A stretch of 46,425 nucleotides of DNA from the NCBI GenBank assembly GCA_019136215.1, contig JAGVUP010000179.1:1-46425 (forward strand), given 5' to 3'. The notes under the pieces are model-generated. The model saw nothing but the letters and a program-made list of their open reading frames with translations. It searched no databases and was not told where the DNA came from. The position numbers were made by a program, and so were the translations under genes. Below are positions 42,545-46,425 of the stretch, piece after piece. The DNA is from Chloroflexota bacterium. GTDB taxonomy: Bacteria; Chloroflexota; Anaerolineae; Anaerolineales; Anaerolineaceae. Position 1 is the first letter of the stretch, and each line of letters opens with the position of its first letter.

Positions 42545-44348
42545 TTTCCTCTTTCAGGGCACTGTCAATCCGAGCCTGGATGTCGTAAATGTCCTTATAG
42601 ATTCCGGGTTGGCTGAGCAGTTCTTCATGCCCGCCCATTTGAACGATCTTACCTTTGTCGAAGACCAGGATCAGATCCGCATTCATGATGCTCTGAATAC
42701 GATGCGCGATGATGAACGTGGTCCGGTCGGTCATCAGGCTTTCCAGCGCCGCCCTGATCTGCACCTCCGTTTCCATATCCACCGATGAGGTGGAATCATC
42801 AAGGATCAGGATGCGCGGGTTGATCAGCAAGGTGCGCGCGATCGCCAGGCGCTGTTTCTGCCCGCCCGAAAGCGTCACGCCCCGCTCACCAACAAGGGTA
42901 TCGTAACCATTCTTAAAAGAAAGGATCACGTCGTGGATCGCGGCTTCGCGGGCGGCGTTTTCAATTTCTTCCTGGCTCACCTCACGGTGCACTCCATAGG
43001 TGATGTTGTCGCGGATCGAGCAGGAAAAGAGAAAGGGCTCCTGCTCCACGACCCCAATTTGAGAGCGCAAAAAATCCCGGGAGTATGCATTCAGGTTGAC
43101 CCCGTCCAGCAGGATCTGCCCGGATGTCACGTCATAAAAACGCGGCAGCAGGTTTACCAGCGAGGTTTTCCCAGAGCCAGTCGAACCGAGCAGCGCCACA
43201 ACCATCCCAGCCTGGCATGAAAAGCTGACATCGTCCAGAACCAGTTGGTCTTTCTCATAGGCAAAGCTGACTTTATCGAAGCAAATTTGCCCGCGGATGC
43301 CTTCTTCGGGTTGGTAGGTGCAGCCGGTCATATCTTCTTCCGGCGCCTGCAACACCACCGCGATGCGTCCGTACGAGACGAGCGCACGCGACGTGTCGAT
43401 GATGAGGCGTCCGAGGTTGCGGATGGGCCATATCAGCCAGCCCAACAAGCCGTGGAAACTGATGAAATCGCCCAGGGTGATGCCCCCGTTGAGCACCATC
43501 ATCGCCGCGTAAAAGTTGCTTCCGACGCTCTGCGCGGAACAAATAATATCCGAAAGAGGCCAGAATAAAGCGTGCATCCAGTTAAATTTCTTGCCAAGGC
43601 GCAATTTTTCCCGGTTTTCTTTATCGAACTTCTCGATCTCATATTCCTGGCGGGCAAACGCCTTCACAACACGCACACCGCTGAGGTTTTCCTGCAGGTC
43701 GGTGGAAAGGATCGCGCCTTGCGCCTGGTAAGCTTCGTAGGCTTTAGACAGCCGTTTGAAGAAAATGAGCGAGATGACCAACACGATCGGGAAAATGATG
43801 ATGGAAACCAGTGCGAGGCGCAGGTTGATCCGCGCAATGGCGATGAAAGAGATGATGAAAATCATTACGATCCGTCCCACACCAATCGCCTGGTCCGCGA
43901 AGAAACGTCGCAGTGTGTCCACGTCGGAGGTTGCCCGATCCAGTAAGTCGCCTGTCTTAGATTCTGAGTGATAGCTGTAGGAAAGCCGCTGGATATGGTC
44001 AAAGAGATGGTCGCGCAGGCGGCGGGTGGAATTTTCGGCGGTGAAATTTGCCATCCAACTGCTCATGAAGCTCGAAAGGGCTTGCAGAGCGATCAGCGCG
44101 CCAAAGGTCAGCGCTCCAAGTGTCAGCTCCTGACCGACCAGCTTTCCAACCATCATTCGGTCAATGAAATTACCAAGGTAAATGTACATCCCCGTGCGGG
44201 CAAAGGCTGCCAGGGAAAGGAAGATCGTGGAAACAAGGTAATGGAAATGATATCCGCGCATTAAATGCCACAAACTCAGCAGTTTATTCTTACTGCCGAG
44301 TACCTCAGGCATATCCAGCGGGATATAGGGTCCCTTAGTCTCGTTCAC
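42522..44348 (-). CDS. ABC exporter half transporter (TMD-NBD), degenerate-site subunit
   Basis: Motifs: Walker A GSTGSGKTS, signature LSGGQKQRLAIART, and Walker B ILILDDSTSSVD, where Asp replaces the catalytic Glu. The ORF track's start at 44645 overlaps the moaA remnant and precedes the promoter. The GTG at 44348 (GGAG 5 nt upstream) or the ATG at 44312 is more likely. Confidence 0.85.
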   Translation of the reverse strand: MNETKGPYIPLDMPEVLGSKNKLLSLWHLMRGYHFHYLVSTIFLSLAAFARTGMYIYLGNFIDRMMVGKLVGQELTLGALTFGALIALQALSSFMSSWMANFTAENSTRRLRDHLFDHIQRLSYSYHSESKTGDLLDRATSDVDTLRRFFADQAIGVGRIVMIFIISFIAIARINLRLALVSIIIFPIVLVISLIFFKRLSKAYEAYQAQGAILSTDLQENLSGVRVVKAFARQEYEIEKFDKENREKLRLGKKFNWMHALFWPLSDIICSAQSVGSNFYAAMMVLNGGITLGDFISFHGLLGWLIWPIRNLGRLIIDTSRALVSYGRIAVVLQAPEEDMTGCTYQPEEGIRGQICFDKVSFAYEKDQLVLDDVSFSCQAGMVVALLGSTGSGKTSLVNLLPRFYDVTSGQILLDGVNLNAYSRDFLRSQIGVVEQEPFLFSCSIRDNITYGVHREVSQEEIENAAREAAIHDVILSFKNGYDTLVGERGVTLSGGQKQRLAIARTLLINPRILILDDSTSSVDMETEVQIRAALESLMTDRTTFIIAHRIQSIMNADLILVFDKGKIVQMGGHEELLSQPGIYKDIYDIQARIDSALKEEIDRVESI

Positions 44349-44399
44349 AATAACTCCAATCAAACCAAAACAGGTCTTTTGTTTGGCATCAAGTGGAGA

Positions 44400-44428
44400 A
44401 GTATAAACCTCTGATCCTATTGAGTCAA
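44400..44428 (-). promoter_or_regulatory. Sigma-70-type promoter of the ABC-ABC-DUF692 cassette
   Basis: On the minus strand, TTGACT lies at 44423-44428, followed by a 17-nt spacer and TATACT at 44400-44405. The promoter lies within the non-homologous tail of the truncated moaA ORF. Confidence 0.5.
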
Positions 44429-44917
44429 AGGTTTTTGCAAGAGGCTGTGCAAGAGGCTGCTGAAAAAAACCGCTTCTTCCGCGGCGCGGATGCCTTCCAG
44501 GGTTTGCGCGAGCGAGCCAAGCCGCGTGATGTAGCGGAATCTCTCTGGTCGCAGCGTATCCAGGCTGATGTTCAGCCGGTCCACGCCTCCCTCCCGTAGC
44601 GGTCGGGCTAAGGCAGGCAAAAGGCTTCCGTTTGTCGTCAGACACAGCTCCTCAAGCCCCTCAAGCGCGGAGAGCATGCGGCAGAAGTCCACGATTCCCC
44701 GGCGCACTAAGGGTTCACCGCCTGTCACGCGGATCTTATTAATGCCGCACCTGACCGCGGCAGCGGCGATATCGCGCAGTTCTTCAAAAGAGCACATATC
44801 GCTGTGCACGCGCATTTTAACGCCCTCTTCCGGCATGCAGTAGCGGCAGCGGAAGTTGCAGCGGTCTGTCACGCTAATGCGCAGATAAGTGATGGGTCTT
44901 TCAAAAGTATCGAGCAT
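44417..44917 (-). pseudogene. moaA: Truncated GTP 3',8-cyclase MoaA (radical SAM N-terminal half only)
   Basis: YLRISVTDRCNFRCRYCMP (the CxxxCxxC motif), KIRVTGGEPLVRR, LTTNG and NISLDTL match MoaA up to ...GIRAAEEA (about nt 44471). The frame then reads unrelated sequence and stops. The C-terminal ~180 aa, including the second-cluster domain, are absent. Confidence 0.75.
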
Positions 44918-44929
44918 AAGTTTTTTGCG

Positions 44930-45736
44930 TTAATTTCCAGCGCCCAATGCTATTGGGAATCCAGTGTGGGCGCGATCCTCACGGCTCAATCTATCCAGCC
45001 TCTTGGAAAGAAAATTGAGAGTCAGGTCATGCACTTTCTGCTGTTCATTCGCCAGCAGAATGACATGCGGCGAGTTTTTGAGGATGACCACCTCAAGATC
45101 TCTCGTACCGAGCCTGTCTTTCAGGAGTTTACTGGCGCTCGTTGGGACCGTCGCGTCTTTTTCGCTAAAAATAGCCAGGGTGGGCTGACGGATACTGCCA
45201 AGCTCCCGCCGCACGACTTTTTGTAATCGCAGCATCTCCGCGGCGCCTCTAAGCGGATAGACGTTGTAGCCTTTCCAGAGTAGTTCATTCGTTTTTGAGC
45301 GTTTGGGAAGGTGTTTTTTTACATATTGCAGCAGATATGCCCCCCACAGCTTGCGGACTTGCAGCGCGGGCGCGTAGAGCAGCAAACCCTGAATTTCAGG
45401 ATGCCTGGCTGCCAACAGAAGGCTGAGCAGCCCTCCCATCGACTCGCCCGCCACCCAAACCTGGTCGCACTGACGGCTCAAACTGGCGTATGCGTCTTCA
45501 GCGGATCGGAGCCAATCCTGCCAGCGTGTTCGGTTCAGGTCATCAGGATGGGCACCGTGCCCGGGCAAAAGCGGCGCGCTGACGCTGAAGCCATTGCGGT
45601 GCAGCAGTTCGCCAAGCGGGCGTACTTCCGCAGTCGTTGCCGTGTAGCCATGCAGCAGTAAAACACCATTCTTTCCGCCTTGAAACGTGAATGCCCCGCC
45701 TTCTAACTCCGGATGGATAATGTAGTTCTCACCCAT
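44930..45736 (-). CDS. Alpha/beta-fold hydrolase (carboxylesterase/lysophospholipase-like)
   Basis: The protein is 268 aa. It has LLLHGYTAT, the nucleophile elbow GESMGG, and a C-terminal His region (NSPHVI). Confidence 0.8.
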   Translation of the reverse strand: MGENYIIHPELEGGAFTFQGGKNGVLLLHGYTATTAEVRPLGELLHRNGFSVSAPLLPGHGAHPDDLNRTRWQDWLRSAEDAYASLSRQCDQVWVAGESMGGLLSLLLAARHPEIQGLLLYAPALQVRKLWGAYLLQYVKKHLPKRSKTNELLWKGYNVYPLRGAAEMLRLQKVVRRELGSIRQPTLAIFSEKDATVPTSASKLLKDRLGTRDLEVVILKNSPHVILLANEQQKVHDLTLNFLSKRLDRLSREDRAHTGFPIALGAGN

Positions 45737-46002
45737 GATTTTTTATCATATCAAGTTTCAGGAATTTTGGCAAAAATTGCTCAATAATTAACTAATTTCT
45801 TGCTTTTGGAAAGGCAAAACAGGTGAATTGGTATTCTAAACACTGAAAAAACTTTTTTTGAGACCGTTGAAATAAAGCAGTATTTTCGACAGGAACCCTA
45901 TCAAACCCGGTTGTGAACCGGATCAGCGGTTCATCTGAGGCTTGTTATCCTCGTTTTATTCACCTCCTTTCCTCCACCATCGACAATCCTCCCTCACTCA
46001 AG

Positions 46003-46425
46003 CTATCCTCTGCTATAACCCGGACAGTTGAAACCCACCCCGCTTATCAGTTTCACCATCCGCTTCAAATTCAGTACGATCGCGGTAAGATATGCCTGAA
46101 CCCCATACTTCTCCAACCCAATATACCGGCAGCGCCCTAATCCATGCCGCAGTTTGGCTTCCCCAAATTTGCGCTCAATCTTATACCGCTCCCGTTTCCC
46201 CTGCTGGTATTCCTCCGTCCCGACCATATCTTGCCGAACCTCTTTATTGCTGTCTTTCTTTTTCAGGCGATTATCCTTCAACAAGATCGCGGAATGTAAG
46301 CCTTTATACGCCAGATAATAGTGATTGTTGCCATCGTCATAGCCCCGATCAGCCGCGTAGGTCTCCACCGGCAAACCCTGTTCCATGTCCATCTCCACCA
46401 GGCTGCTGAAGTGTTTTCCGTCCCA
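46003..46425 (-). mobile_element. IS4/IS5-superfamily DDE transposase gene, 3' part (5' end beyond the window)
   Basis: ADRGYD...YKIERKFGEAKLRHGLGRCRYIGLEKYGVQAYLTAIVLNLKRM is the conserved C-terminal DDE_Tnp_1 region. The reading frame stays open to nt 46425. The IS end must lie between about 45890 and 46003. Confidence 0.75.

Noticed and set aside
44349-44645. The ~100-residue N-terminal extension of the 707-aa ABC exporter ORF.
   Set aside because: It overlaps the moaA remnant in another frame, is Arg/Pro/Gly-rich, and lies upstream of the predicted promoter. The GTG at 44348 (with GGAG) or the ATG at 44312 gives a normal ~600-aa half transporter.

Overview
This 46.4-kb bacterial chromosomal window has a backbone of roughly 50-65% GC, judged from hand counts of sample 60-nt lines. 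About 33 intact or disrupted protein genes are present, and most lie on the minus strand. The taxon cannot be established without a database search.

Contents in order:
- a ChvE/GguAB-type sugar ABC importer;
- a stand-alone C39-like peptidase translationally coupled to an ABC exporter;
- a cobalamin riboswitch controlling a BtuFCD-like importer;
- a glycosyltransferase plus MFS transporter pair, and an SDR oxidoreductase;
- pstSCAB;
- a DUF3048-like lipoprotein;
- an ArsR regulator plus a heavy-metal P-type ATPase that is frameshifted;
- a 640-bp non-coding stretch with an unusual two-hairpin direct repeat;
- two tRNA-Ser genes, a DUF2804-like protein, a NYN/LOTUS protein and msrA;
- a nucleoside/pseudouridine utilisation locus, consisting of a disrupted psuG, a PfkB kinase, and a ~6-kb low-GC block (nucleoside phosphorylase, ribose-type ABC importer, HTH-PfkB fusion); the locus is bracketed by two aberrant tRNA-Met(CAU)-like copies;
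- glnS and class II fba;
- a pore-less MgtE-type sensor protein paired with an Nramp-related transporter;
- a self-promoted cassette of two ABC half-exporters plus a DUF692/MNIO-like enzyme, abutting a truncated moaA;
- an alpha/beta hydrolase;
- the 3' part of an IS transposase at the window edge.

The candidates I rank highest for novel biology are three. First, the MgtE_N-CBS sensor plus non-canonical Nramp pair with its structured leader. Second, the ABC-ABC-MNIO cassette. Third, the split C39 peptidase/ABC exporter pair.

Three genes (P-type ATPase, psuG, moaA) carry inactivating deletions. These indicate either gene decay or assembly artefacts. All calls come from reading the sequence and ORF translations by eye; no searches were run.
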